Shown here: positions 50,616 to 62,494 of the stretch, one piece after another
Layout of the letters: every line of letters starts with the position of its first letter
Position numbering within the stretch: position 1 is the first letter of the stretch
Assembly: GCF_006345805.1 (NCBI RefSeq)
Contig: NC_043003.1
Location: 66,216,001 to 66,280,000 of the forward strand
DNA length: 64,000 bases
Reading direction: 5' to 3'
Source: Octopus sinensis
Taxonomy: Eukaryota
Made by a program: the position numbers and the translations under genes
Notes under the pieces: generated by a model
Told to the model about the DNA's origin: nothing
Seen by the model: the letters and a program-made list of their open reading frames with translations, nothing else
Databases searched by the model: none

Positions 50616-51520
50616 CATCACACACACACGTTAAAAACATACACACACATATATATATCCTCCTAAATTCTAACATACACACATGTATATACAATTACGT
50701 ACATACATACATAAATTTCTCGAAACCAAAAATGTTTAATAGAATTTTGAAAAGATATCCAATAGTTTGAAATAATGGCGACAAATATTCCACTGGGAAA
50801 TGGCAGACCTATCGCTTCATGAGTTTCATTTTCTAGACTAAGTTTTGTACAAAAAATGATACACTTAATATGTGCCATTATCGCTCAAATGTTACTGGTG
50901 GGTGCAACAAGTCCAGAGAATAGCTAGGAACAATATTACAAGCGAAAAGTTTTAAATAATTTGCTAAATAAGCAATGTCATTAATCCGTGGCTTTGTACA
51001 TTATAAAGATATTAATACGCATGATGTTTATAGAGATTTAAATATTAATGCCAGTGCATGTGTATATCTGTATGTGTGTAAATAAATATATATATATATT
51101 CGCATAATTACACTCTCACAGATATACATGCATATATACAAATGTATGTTTGTATACATATATATATATACATATATGTATATATACACGTATTTATATA
51201 CATACACACACGCACACACATATATATGTATGTACGTATGTATGTATATACATACATACATATATAACTTCTGCAGAAAATAAAGACGTTCTGGAGCGCA
51301 AGATGACTGTGTAGACAGCTTAGAAAATGGTGTAGACAGAATTTGGAAGGTACATGTTTCGATTCAAATTAAATGCTGACTGGTAACTTTTCTTCCGTCT
51401 TCAACAGGGTATATACCCAATTTTATAAGCTTCTTCACAGCCATCCTACGATCGAGAATTGCATTATTTTCTGTAATATACCAACATACATGGGGTTTCT
51501 AATTTTCTTCACAAATATGT

Positions 51521-51573
<53 letters not shown>

Positions 51574-51598
51574 GATATATATACATACATGCAGACAT

Positions 51599-51636
<38 letters not shown>

Positions 51637-51819
51637 AAAGGGCTTAGTAAAATAAATTACTTTGCCGCATACTGAACTCATTAGAAATAGCAGCTAAAAA
51701 ACTTTTTTAAAGCTATTTCTAATACTTAAAGAAAATCTCTCTCATATATAGTGCTTGCTTAATTCAACTCACAAAAGTTTGGGGGTAAGGACATCGAAAA
51801 ATCAAATGCTAAGGTTATT

Positions 51820-51872
51820 TGAGAACGTACGTTTCAAGATTAGTCAAAAACAACACTTCTATCATCAGCTCA
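51820..51872 (-). ncRNA. Minimal type-I hammerhead motif, minus-strand copy
   Basis: Mirror image of 52057-52109. Confidence 0.6.
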
Positions 51873-52056
51873 GAAATTCCTTGGTTTGGATTTGGAAACA
51901 CTGAAAATAAGAACATACCCTTTCGAAGATTTGGAAACACTGAAAATAAGAACATACCCTTTCGAATTCAAATTTGTTGATACTGTTAGTTACGAGCAGA
52001 TCTTCGAAAGGGTATGTTCTTATTTTCAGTGTTTCAAATCCAAACCAAGGAATTTC

Positions 52057-52109
52057 TGAGCTGATGATAGAAGTGTTGTTTTTGACTAATCTTGAAACGT
52101 ACGTTCTCA
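52057..52109 (+). ncRNA. Minimal type-I hammerhead motif, plus-strand copy
   Basis: TGAG-CTGATGA-T AGA AGT GTTGTTTTTG ACT AA TCT T-GAAA-C GTAC GTT-CTCA: intact core, 4-bp stem I, palindromic ACGTACGT stem III; predicted cut after 52105. Confidence 0.6.
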
Positions 52110-52412
52110 AATAACCTTAGCATTTGATTTTTCGATGTCCTTACCCCCAAACTTTTGTGAGTTGAATTAAGCAAGCACTATATATGAGAGAGATTTTCTT
52201 TAAGTATTAGAAATAGCTTTAAAAAAGTTTTTTAGCTGCTATTTCTAATGAGTTCAGTATGCGGCAAGTAATTTATTTTACTAAGCCCTTTATATAATGT
52301 AATAATTTGAATTCGCCTTGAATGGTCCTTTGCATACTGAACACTTGGTGAAATTGATTAATAATTAATTAATTTTGCCCTCAATTGTTGAAATTATATA
52401 TATATATATATA

Positions 52413-52708
52413 TCACCGTGATCACTGTCACCGACCAGGCTATCAGACGTTGTTACACATCGCTGGTCACAATGCGCTTCGCATTGTTTTAGCCTTCAAA
52501 TGACGCCATCCCGCTGGCTAAGCCAGGAGGCCAACAGAAGAAAAAGTGAGAGGAAGTTGTGACGAAAGAGTACAGCAGGGATCGCCACCAGCGCCTGCAG
52601 GATCCTCGTGGAACTTTAGGTGTTTTCGCTCAATAAACACTCACAACGCCCGATCTGGGAATCGAAACCGCGATCCTACGACCGCGAGTCCGCAGCCCTA
52701 AACACTGG

Positions 52709-52712
<4 letters not shown>
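52413..52712 (-). mobile_element. SINE family B head with tail type 2 (RTE-like 3' end)
   Basis: Head ATGGCCCAGTGTTTAGGGCTGCGGACTCGCGGTCG; tail 52419-52475 resembles the RTE 3' end at 54051-54106. Confidence 0.82.
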
Positions 52713-52753
<41 letters not shown>

Positions 52754-52784
52754 ATATAAATATACATATATACGATGAGCTCCT

Positions 52785-53440
52785 GGATCTTGAGAACCTT
52801 CCGGTCCAGAGAACAATATGTCATCATTCCAATTTTCTCCTCCTTTGTACGGCCACACCTCGAATACTGCTGCCCCTTTGTTGTCTTCCCATACCAAACA
52901 AAACATCTCGAGGATCGAGTCACTCCAGAGAGCACTCACTAAACGAATTGAAGGTATGACTGATCTCGATTTTTGGGACCGCCTTAAAGTCGTGAAACTC
53001 TACTCTCTCCAGCACTGCCGCGAGGGGTACAGCATTTGTACGATGTGGAGAATATACCGCCAGCATTGCTCAAACGACCTAAACATTAGTTTCAAGGTTC
53101 ATCTAAGGCTGGGACCACAGGCCATACGCCCCCTGCCCAATTCAGGATCACAGCATATAGGTACACTGCGACATAATTTCTTTTTCTCAATAGGCCTGCC
53201 ATGTTTAACATTGTCCCAAAAGAGATCAAAGAGGAAAAGGATCCCGTCACTTTTAAACGGAGTCTGGACAGATTTCTTCAAAGAATACCGGATAAGCTAC
53301 ACATGCCTGGATACAACTCACCCAACAAGAACTCACTAATTGAATGGACTATAAACAAAACTTGACTTAAACAGGACTTAGATAATCATATCAGGTGGTG
53401 CTATCAAGTTAGACATGGCCTGGACCAATCTTTGGTCGAA
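52785..53440 (+). mobile_element. CR1/L2-like LINE 3' fragment
   Basis: RTFRSRE...FVRPHLEYCCP...IESLQRALTKRIEGM..LDFWDRLK..KLYSLQ...GPAMFNIVPKEIK....FKRSLDRFL..IPD, followed by 3' UTR. Confidence 0.9.
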
Positions 53441-53501
53441 ACATATATAAGTTTATATATATGTGTGTGTGTGTGTGTATGTGTGTGTGAGTATGTGTGC
53501 G

Positions 53502-53547
<46 letters not shown>

Positions 53548-53576
53548 TATACAATCCTGTAAATAATAATAATTGT

Positions 53577-53852
53577 ATTTTTATATAAGCATAAAGCTTA
53601 TGGAAATCACCGTTTCAATGACTAAGGAAAACAGTCTAATAAAGGACCGTATAACCCACGACAGTAAAAAGAAGACTTTCCTATCCGTGTGGGACACGTA
53701 ACCGCATCCCTTTGTTAACGCGACTAAGTGTGTTACCTTTATGCCATCTAATTAGCCTCCCTGTTCTGCGGAGAGGAAAACCTTCTTTTTCTGTCGAGGG
53801 ATTATGGGCCCCTGCACGGTGATCGCCATAAGCTTTAAGCTTATATAAAAAT
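53577..53852. mobile_element. MITE with ~35-bp TIRs and a second internal inverted repeat
   Basis: TTTTTATATAAGCATAAAGCTTATGGAAATCACCGT / ACGGTGATCGCCATAAGCTTTAAGCTTATATAAAAA; inner pair ATAACCCACGACAG..AAGAAG.CTTTCC / GGAAAACCTTCTTTTTCTGTCGAGGGATTAT. Confidence 0.82.
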
Positions 53853-53855
53853 GCC

Positions 53856-53910
<55 letters not shown>

Positions 53911-54044
53911 CACGTTCACTGTGTATGTTTATCTGACGTCATACACGATTTGCTTTTCTTTTTCGCAATTGTCGATGATTCTACCTCAAGAATTCCTCAG
54001 TATTCGTGTAGTATATAACAAATTATAGAGAGAGAATATATATA

Positions 54045-54765
54045 TTATCTTGATCACCTTGATCGGTCAGAAGATCAGATGTCGTTTTTAATCCGCTGGT
54101 CACAGCATTTCATCCATTCCGTTTTTGATCATGTCCACCATTTCCATTACGGTTGTATGATTCCATTTATATCGTCAATCCATTGGAGTGGTGGCCTTCC
54201 AATTGGTTGTTTCCACTCGCGCGGATACCACTCGACAACTTCACGGGTTCACGGATTATCGTTGCACCGTGCGACTTGTCGGGTCCAACTGAATTCGTTT
54301 CAAAGGTATTCGCCGGTAACGTCCTTCACTCCGGTTTTATACCTGATTTACTTATTTCGGATGTAATCTCCCAAGGAGATTCCTGCCATCGAGATTTCCA
54401 TACCTCTTTGCGTCGTTATTAACCGCTGTTTATCCCACTCCGTTGTGTCCTACATTCTACTCGCATAAAGCAATGCAGATATAACCGCGCTTTGGAAGAA
54501 GTTTGCGCCAATAGCCTTGTCGAGATTCGCTTTCAGCACATCCTTGCATTTCAGTCTGATCTTATTCTCCGCGAAATTTCCTTATTCATATCGCGTCCAA
54601 TAGTAATAATTTGCCCAAGGAAAACATAACTTTCCAGTCCTAGATTTCATGGCCTCGAACCACAACTTTACCGCATGCTACACCTTCGGACCAAATCTGC
54701 TTTGTTTTTGCACGATTGATCCTCAGGCCGACCGTCAGAACTCTCCTGTTGAGCTCGTCCAGCAT
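54045..54765 (-). mobile_element. RTE-clade LINE 3' fragment (decayed)
   Basis: MLDELNRR...VGLRINRAKTK...TQRGME..MAGISL.D.IRN..IR.KTGVKDV...W...VAR.NDN.WT..VVEWYPRE.K.P.GRPP..W.DD pattern. Confidence 0.88.
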
Positions 54766-54789
54766 GTATGTATGTATGCATGCATGCAT

Positions 54790-55140
54790 GTATGTATGCA
54801 TGTGCAGATTTGTATGTTTTATGTATGTATTCTCATGCATATAGTTAAATGATAAGCTTCTGGAAACTTTTACAGATTTTTACAGTTCCAGTGATGGACT
54901 GGATATGTAGTTTAAGAATTAGCCTTCCCCTTTCTGGTTTTGAGAAGCTTAATTATTCAAGGTTGGTATTTAGGCAGTGTGTTACATACCCCAATAATTA
55001 TAGGTATAAACCTGAACTTGTAATGTATGTATGTCATGTTTCAGTTTTATTTCAAGATTGCCTTCCTATAGAGAAAGAGCCGGTTTCTAACCTAAATCGA
55101 AGATGCCGTCATTGGTATTTCAACATCATCAACAGGATAT
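54790..55140 (+). repeat. Interspersed repeat family E, both parts in order
   Basis: Contains the segments seen at 14130-14360 and then 13495-13605. Confidence 0.75.
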
Positions 55141-55587
55141 TTTTGATTGAGGTCCAAAAGCAGAGTTAAGCAGCCATCTATAGCCTGGGACTTAGTATTC
55201 TGAGAAACATATTTCAACAAAATAAGAACCCGGATGCAAGTACTTCTGTTGACAAGAACGATTAAAACGGTGAAGTTGTTGGTCAAGAACTACCAAAAAC
55301 ATGACCCGAAAAGAGAGAAGAAAACGAAAAGGAAAATATATTGGAATGCATGTTACGCTATGCAAAATGCCAAATACTACCATCTGCTTGCTGATGTTAG
55401 TGAAAATAAAAATGATGATGAGAAAAACTATTATGTCTCCACTACTTGTCGTTGTTGTTGTTGTTGTTGATGATGATGATGGTGATGATGATGATGATGC
55501 ACCACACTTACAGTACTTGTCAGCATTACCAACATCCTATTAACATTTTTCTTATTGCTGTTACTATTATTATTATTGTTATTATTA

Positions 55588-55628
<41 letters not shown>

Positions 55629-55629
55629 G

Positions 55630-56092
55630 TGTGAGTTAGGTAGCAGTGCATGCCATCAAAGTGAAACTGGGGTAAAATATACGAAGCCTAGTATACCCAT
55701 CATGACTACCCGTCTGATAAGGGTACACCAGGCACATGCATCACAACCGTATGTGCGCGACATGGTGATCTGATATCAAGATAAACAGCAGATGACCTTT
55801 TAGGTGGGGCCCAGTTAGAATTTTCTTCTGGTCGAGTAACCCATCCCGCTCAAAAGGCTCCTGAATGAGGGCTGTTTCATGATGTTGAACGAAACACACA
55901 TGTTTCCAGAGGTGAATTATTCAAATCCCAAAGATTCCCTCTCAACACATGGCTATGATGCTCTCCCACTACTTCTGCTCGTGATCAGAGATGCACATAA
56001 CGTCAGCCACTAAGGGACATCCTCAACTGGTTACGGTCAAACAACTGACAAGCAAATCTGTGGTATTGAGCAAAATATTTGCTACAGCCCTA
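55630..56092 (+). repeat. Interspersed repeat family F embedded in ATT/AAT arrays
   Basis: CCCATCATGACTACCCGTCTGATAAGGGTACACCAGGCACATGC...GTGGTATTGAGCA; copies at 60385 and 60935. Confidence 0.85.
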
Positions 56093-56126
56093 TAATAATA
56101 ATAATAATTTTTATTATTATTATTAA

Positions 56127-56177
<51 letters not shown>

Positions 56178-56188
56178 CATCATTATCC

Positions 56189-56565
56189 GTGGAGGCGCAA
56201 TGGCCCAGGGGTTAGGGCAGTGGACTCGTGACAGTAGGATCACGGTTTCGATTTCCAGACCGGGTGTTGGGAGTGTTTATTGAGCGAAAACACCTAAAAA
56301 CTCCACGATGTTACGGGAGCGGGTAGTGGCGAACCCTGCTGTACTCTTTCACCACATCTTTCTCTTACATTTTCTTCCCGTTTCTGTTGTACCTGTATTT
56401 CAGAGGGGCCAGCCTTGTCACACTATATGTCACGCTGAATCTCTCCAAGAACTACATTAAGGGTACGCGTGTCTTGAGTGCCACTTGCACTTTAATTTCA
56501 CGAGCAGGCTGTTCCGTAGATCGGATCAACTGGAACCCTCGTCATCGTAACCGACGACGTGCCAC
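56189..56565 (+). mobile_element. SINE family B head with tail type 3
   Basis: GTGGAGGCGCAATGGCCCAG head; tail GCCAGCCTTGTCACACT...AGAACTACATTAAGGGTAC...GGAACCCTCGTCATCGTAACCGACG. Confidence 0.82.
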
Positions 56566-57089
56566 GATTATCACCCACTGTCGTCGTAATCAACGTCATT
56601 GTCATCGTCATCATCGCCAACATCATCATTATCATGATCAAAAGTCTTGCGCCATCAATAATAGTAAAGAAAAGTTTGTTTTTTCTTTTCATTATTTCTC
56701 TTTTTATCTTTTTATCTTTTTTTAAATATGTAGTGAAAACGTTGAAGAGAAGGGAGACGAATGACAATGAACTAAACCTGAACTTCCCTGTCCCCACTTC
56801 CTTGGAAACGAATATGACACAAAATATTAAGGAACACGACATCGGTAGAGAACTGTGCACGCGAATACGTTTAAACGGTTAACTACCAGCATCCTATTAC
56901 ATTTTTCCTGTTTTAAATGAAAAAAAATTTCGGTTTTGTCATACTTTTTTTAAAGTTTATCTCATTCATTTCATATTTTTAATTCCGATTCTCTCATTTC
57001 ACTCTTTGGACGGTTTTAATTTCATTGAGTTTGACCTAAAGTGATCTCACACTGGCGTGTCTGTATGGTAACAGAAATGATTTTTTCCT

Positions 57090-57413
57090 CAACGCCATGG
57101 TTCTGGGTTCAGTTCCTCCGCGGGGAAACATGGGACACTGTTTTTTTTTTTTTTTTTACTTTAGCACCGAGCCAACCAATTCTTTGTGAGCGGATTTGGT
57201 AAGCAGAAACTGAGTGAAATCCTATCTTCTGTGTGTGTGTGTGTGTGTGTGTGCGTGTGTGTGTGCATGTATGTGTGTGCGCGTCTGTCTGACTGACTGT
57301 CTGTGTGTCTCTTTGTGTGTTTCTCTGTTTGTGTGTGTTTCTCTCTGTGTGTATTTCTGTGTGTGTGTGCTTGTGTGTGTATTTCTCTGTTTGTGTGTGT
57401 GCTTGTGTGTGTG

Positions 57414-57446
<33 letters not shown>

Positions 57447-57685
57447 CGTGTGATGTATGTACGTTTTAGCATTTGTGCTTGTGTGTTTTTCCCACACCTC
57501 AGCTTCACAAATAGTGTTGGTTTATTTACGTTCCCTAAACCTAGCACCTCAGCGAAAGAGACCAATAAAATATATACTAGGTATTAAAACAGATAATGGG
57601 TTGATTCTATCCTCCAAAATTTTTAAAGATGTTGCCCCAACATGGCCGCAGTTCAATTACGGAAATAACTAAAAAGTAAAATATG
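57090..57685 (+). mobile_element. SINE family D copy with expanded TG/TC tract
   Basis: Diverged head and tail around a ~230-bp microsatellite. Confidence 0.7.
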
Positions 57686-57973
57686 AGAGTATGCATTAAG
57701 TACAACAAAATCAATTCTAACCACACTTCGTGGTGGTGGTGTTAAGTTCCTAGTCCACCCTGAATGAGCTGAACAACAATCAAGAGTATTCCATCCATGA
57801 CCACCTAGTCAGTTTTACTTCCCGATATACTATTCTAAGACCAGTGTGTCCTACCTTCCACGCTTCAGATAGTATAGTATGATTTGCTAGACATTCTTGC
57901 AGTTTCTGTTAACAAGTCAATCGGCCGCTTATAGCATCCCTCGCTATATTGTCCATATGCCTTCCTCTGATAG

Positions 57974-58015
57974 GGATCAATATTGCCCGTGTTGGTGCAC
58001 GATCAGATTACCGAG
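57974..58015 (+). CDS. Candidate 42-nt exon (unassigned)
   Basis: ccttcctctgatag acceptor and GAG|gtaagg donor; length divisible by 3; all three frames open. Confidence 0.3.
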
Positions 58016-58419
58016 GTAAGGATCAGCATTTCGTAGATCGTCAATGGAACCCCTCTCTCTTAGTACAACACAAATATAATTTGGTATTTTATATGCATCT
58101 ATGTGAATCGACGAGTGCACTTTTTTCATTTCTGTATTTGGATTGTTATTACTAATATTATTATCTTTTCGATTTATATTAGCGTTTGTTGCCAATAAAA
58201 CCAGAATGAATAATAATAATAATTATTATTATTGTTGTTGTTGTGGTGGTTTTAAGTTATGCACAACAATTTAAAATGTTGGAAAAGAAGAAAAAATTCT
58301 TGACATCTGGCTACAACAAGTAAACTTAGATGACAGGAACCTCTCTCAGTATACTAGCTGACTCTAATTAGGCTGTTCTATAGAGATGTACTAAACTAGG
58401 CTTTATGCTTATTTCCTGT

Positions 58420-58475
58420 TATTATTATTATTATCATTATTATTATTATTATTATTATTGTTATTATTATTATTA

Positions 58476-58552
<77 letters not shown>

Positions 58553-58605
58553 GTTATCGTTATTATTATTATTATTATTATTATTATTGTTATCGTTATT
58601 ATTAT

Positions 58606-58658
<53 letters not shown>

Positions 58659-58672
58659 TTATTATTATTATT
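58420..58672. repeat. (ATT)n/(ACT)n microsatellite
   Basis: Seen directly. Confidence 0.97.
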
Positions 58673-59005
58673 TGATGAAAGGTGGTGGGTGAATGTAGCG
58701 AAAATGGCCCCTGCCTCTGTACGCTGGTGAATATGAGGAAAAAAGTTGTACCATTCCCGAGTACTCTCGAAGCGTCGGTTGGTTCAGGGGATTGGTAGGG
58801 TACCTGAGCCAATCTTAGGAGGTCATCCTCTGCCATTGGGGAAATCTCATTGTTATATTTTTTTGTTTAATATTTATTGTTATTGTTTTCCTCTTTACTC
58901 GTTCTTTTGTGTAAAACCCACACTGTCCCCATCTACTGTATTATCCAGGATATATGTCAGCTCTAGCAGCCAATAAATTCAATAAGACTAATAAATACTA
59001 TTATT

Positions 59006-59215
59006 AAGGCGGCCAGCAGAATCGTTAGTACGCCAGTAAATAATGCTTACAGGCGTTTCGTCCGTCTTTACGTTCTGAGTTCCAATTCCGCCGAGGTTGA
59101 CTATGCCTTTCATCGTTTCGGGGTCGATAAATTAAGTACCAGTGCAACACTGGGGGTCGATGTAATCGACTAGTCCGTTTCCCTAAAATTTCAGGCCTTG
59201 TGCTTATATTAGAAA
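59006..59215 (+). mobile_element. SINE family C copy
   Basis: AAGGCGGCCAGCAGAATCGTTAG head; full body. Confidence 0.82.
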
Positions 59216-59248
59216 GGGCTATTATCATCATCATTATTATTATTATTA

Positions 59249-59314
<66 letters not shown>

Positions 59315-59625
59315 TATTATTATTATCATCATCATCTTCATCATTATTATTTGGTTGCCTTTTGCTTTGTATTTGTACAAGTTGACTCTCAGTTTCGCCG
59401 AGAATCCTCAAGAGGCAAGAAGTTAGAAGTTCAAGTTGATGTTATGACGAGGGTGCCTTATATTCGGTTTTGCACAGAGAATTGTACCAGAGAATGTCTG
59501 TCAAAACATAAGAAAATTAGATTGTCTGAAAAGTAGTCTGATTATAAGGTGATAGTCTGATGTTAAGATGACAGTAGAAAGTGGTTTTATTATTATCATC
59601 AACATCATCATCATCATCATTATTA

Positions 59626-59682
<57 letters not shown>

Positions 59683-59752
59683 CATTATTGATAATATTAA
59701 TAATATTTCAAGAGATTGACGTTATTCTTCACGAAAGTAAAGAGGCAATAGT

Positions 59753-60046
59753 AGAACGCGACTGTTATTGGTAATAAATAGAGATTGACTCTGTTTATTA
59801 AATTGGAAATGAAACGAATGAACAATATTTCGACGCGCCGTGTGTCTTTTACAAGTTGAAAATATAAAATGAAATGCAATTCAAAGATAGGAAACGCTGA
59901 AACATTCAAAATTAAACCGGAATAACTGCGTTTCTTTTCCGGTTTAACTTTGAATGTTTCAGCGTTATCTATCTTTCAATTTAATTTCATTTTCAATTTA
60001 ATAAACGGAATTAATCGTTATTTATTACCAATAACGGTCGCGCTCT
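59753..60046. repeat. Imperfect palindrome (foldback-like)
   Basis: AACGCTGAAACATTCAAAATTAAACCGGAA / TTCCGGTTTAACTTTGAATGTTTCAGCGTT core and CGCGACTGTTATTGGTAATAAATA / TATTTATTACCAATAACGGTCGCG ends. Confidence 0.85.
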
Positions 60047-60221
60047 TCTTCTCCTCCTCCTCCTCCTCCTTCTTCTTCTTCTTCTTCTTCTTCTTCTTCT
60101 TCTTCTTCTTCCTTCTTCTTCTTCTTCTTCTTATTCTTATTATTATTATTATTATTATTAATATTTTTATATTATTATTATTATATTATTATTATTATTA
60201 TTATTATTATTTATTATTATA

Positions 60222-60264
<43 letters not shown>

Positions 60265-60305
60265 CGTCATCATTATTAGTTTTGGCTGCAGTAGCATTGT
60301 TATTG

Positions 60306-60367
<62 letters not shown>

Positions 60368-60384
60368 GTAATATAATTATTATT

Positions 60385-60710
60385 GCGTGAGAGAGCAACG
60401 CAAGCCATGAAAGTGACACTGGGGTACAAATATATGAAGCCCAATATACCCATCATGACTACCCGTCTGATAAGGGTACACCAGGCACATGCATCACAAC
60501 TATATGTGTGCAACTTAGAGATATCATATGAAAGAAAATAGCGCATGACCTTGCAGGTGGGGCCTAGTCAGAAGCAAACCTGTGGTATTGAGCAGAATAT
60601 TTGCTGTAGACCATCTTTTATACCAAGACAAAACAGCGTACATAACACTTCTAATTATTTAAGATCAGAAGCCATCAGAGACACTGCCTTCTACTGCATC
60701 AGGGCATTTA
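60385..60710 (+). repeat. Repeat family F, internally deleted copy
   Basis: Jumps from GGTGGGGCCTAGT to AAGCAAACCTGTGGTATTGAGC; ends CTGCATCAGGGCATT. Confidence 0.8.
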
Positions 60711-60835
60711 CTATTATTATCATCATCACCATTATTATTAATATTATTTTCATTATTATTATTATTATTATTATTATCATTATTATCATTATTATTATTA
60801 TTATTATTGTTGTTGTTGTTGTTGTTGTCGTTAAT

Positions 60836-60924
<89 letters not shown>

Positions 60925-60934
60925 TAATAATAAT

Positions 60935-61335
60935 GCCCTGATGCAGTACCAGGCACTGGCTCTCATGGCTGCTGATCTTAACTGTTTGGAAGTGTTATTC
61001 TGTACATTGTTTTGTCTTGGTATAAAAGATGGGCTACAGCAAATATTCTGCTCAATACCACAGATTTGCTTGTCAGTTGTTTGACCGTAACCAGTTGACC
61101 ATGTCCCTTAGTGGCTGACGACATATGCATCTCTGATCACGAGCAGAAGTTGTGGGGGAGCATCATAGCCATGTGTTGAGAGTGATTCTTTGGGGTTTGA
61201 ATAATTCACCTCTGGTAACATAGGTGTTTCGTTCAACATCCTTAAACAACCCTTATTCAGGGATTTTTTGGGTGGGATGGGTTTCTCTACCAGAAGAAAA
61301 TTCTAACTGGGCCCCACCTGCAAAGTCATGTGCTG
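60935..61335 (-). repeat. Repeat family F copy, inverted
   Basis: Reverse complement of 55800-56092 and 60570-60710. Confidence 0.85.
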
Positions 61336-62097
61336 TTTAGATCAGAAATCTCTTTTAGCTTTTGTTCTTGTTCCGCTTAATGAAGCAGTGAACCACATTG
61401 TCTAATGTGTCTATTTTTTCGCTAACGCAGCGCGTTTTGAGTTCAAGGAGATTTGCTGTTATTTCTAGCTTGTCGAGCCACCATGCACAAACTCCTCGTT
61501 GGTTCACGTAAAGGTTTTCCTTAGCTAAATGATTTGTTCCGTTAGAAACAAAGCAAAGAAGCGAAATAACATAGCTTGTTATAATAGAACGTCATAACAT
61601 CTGATGAGTGAAGTGGGGACAAATCACATCGCACATTCAATAATTTTGACGTTTCGAAAGTCTTTAAATACATACAACCAAATCTTAATACCAAAGACTA
61701 TTGAAGAACCGAGAGTTTCGTGCGTTAATACTTATCAAACGCACAAAACATGCGGTCCCTGTGTAATACTGTTGCTCCTCCTGAATTTTAATAAAAATAT
61801 CTCTCCTTTTACCATCACAAAAATTATATGCATGTGTGCGTGTGTTTGTGTGTTTCACTATATGTGTATGTATGTGTGTGTGTGTATGTGTATGTGTGTG
61901 CAAGTATATGTGTATCGTATAATTTTCCATCGACAGAATGGAGCGAAAAATACTCAAGGGCTTATTTTTCTGCATGGTGCTCAACAAACTTAATTATAGA
62001 AAGTAATTTTAAAAGATGTATACTCATATGTTGGGTTATATTTCTATTGCATGGTATTACAAAGCTAGAAATAAGAATGAGTGCGTATGTGTGTACG

Positions 62098-62169
<72 letters not shown>

Positions 62170-62259
62170 TGCATAGATAAATATTTACATATATACATAT
62201 ACATACATATACATACATACGCATATATATATATATATATACATACATATACATACATA

Positions 62260-62323
<64 letters not shown>

Positions 62324-62429
62324 ATATATACATATATGCATAGATAAATATTTACATATATACATATACATACATATACATACATACGCATATATATATA
62401 TATATATACATACATATACATACATACGC

Positions 62430-62494
<65 letters not shown>

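Larger units (their letters stand above)
51640..52288. mobile_element. Near-perfect 649-bp palindrome (foldback) with a hammerhead motif in each arm
   Basis: Arms 51640-51930 and 52000-52288 differ by only about two single-base indels by eye; the spacer holds a ~36-bp tandem copy of the arm end. Confidence 0.92.

Noticed and set aside
41990-51320. Similar peptides EVLERKMVV (~41995) and DVLERKMTV (~51287)
   Set aside because: A nine-residue match with no flanking similarity, and the first lies antisense to a probable LINE relic; treated as coincidence.
53405-53436. GACCA-ATCTT-TGGTC-GAAAC hairpin at the CR1-like 3' end
   Set aside because: No CUGANGA upstream; more likely the LINE 3' stem-loop.
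60935-61010. Possible HDV-like ribozyme at the end of family F
   Set aside because: A P3/L3-like piece exists but no P1 pairing could be formed.
61602-61640. CTGATGA-GTGA...TCAC hairpin
   Set aside because: Not followed by GAAA or a cleavage triplet.
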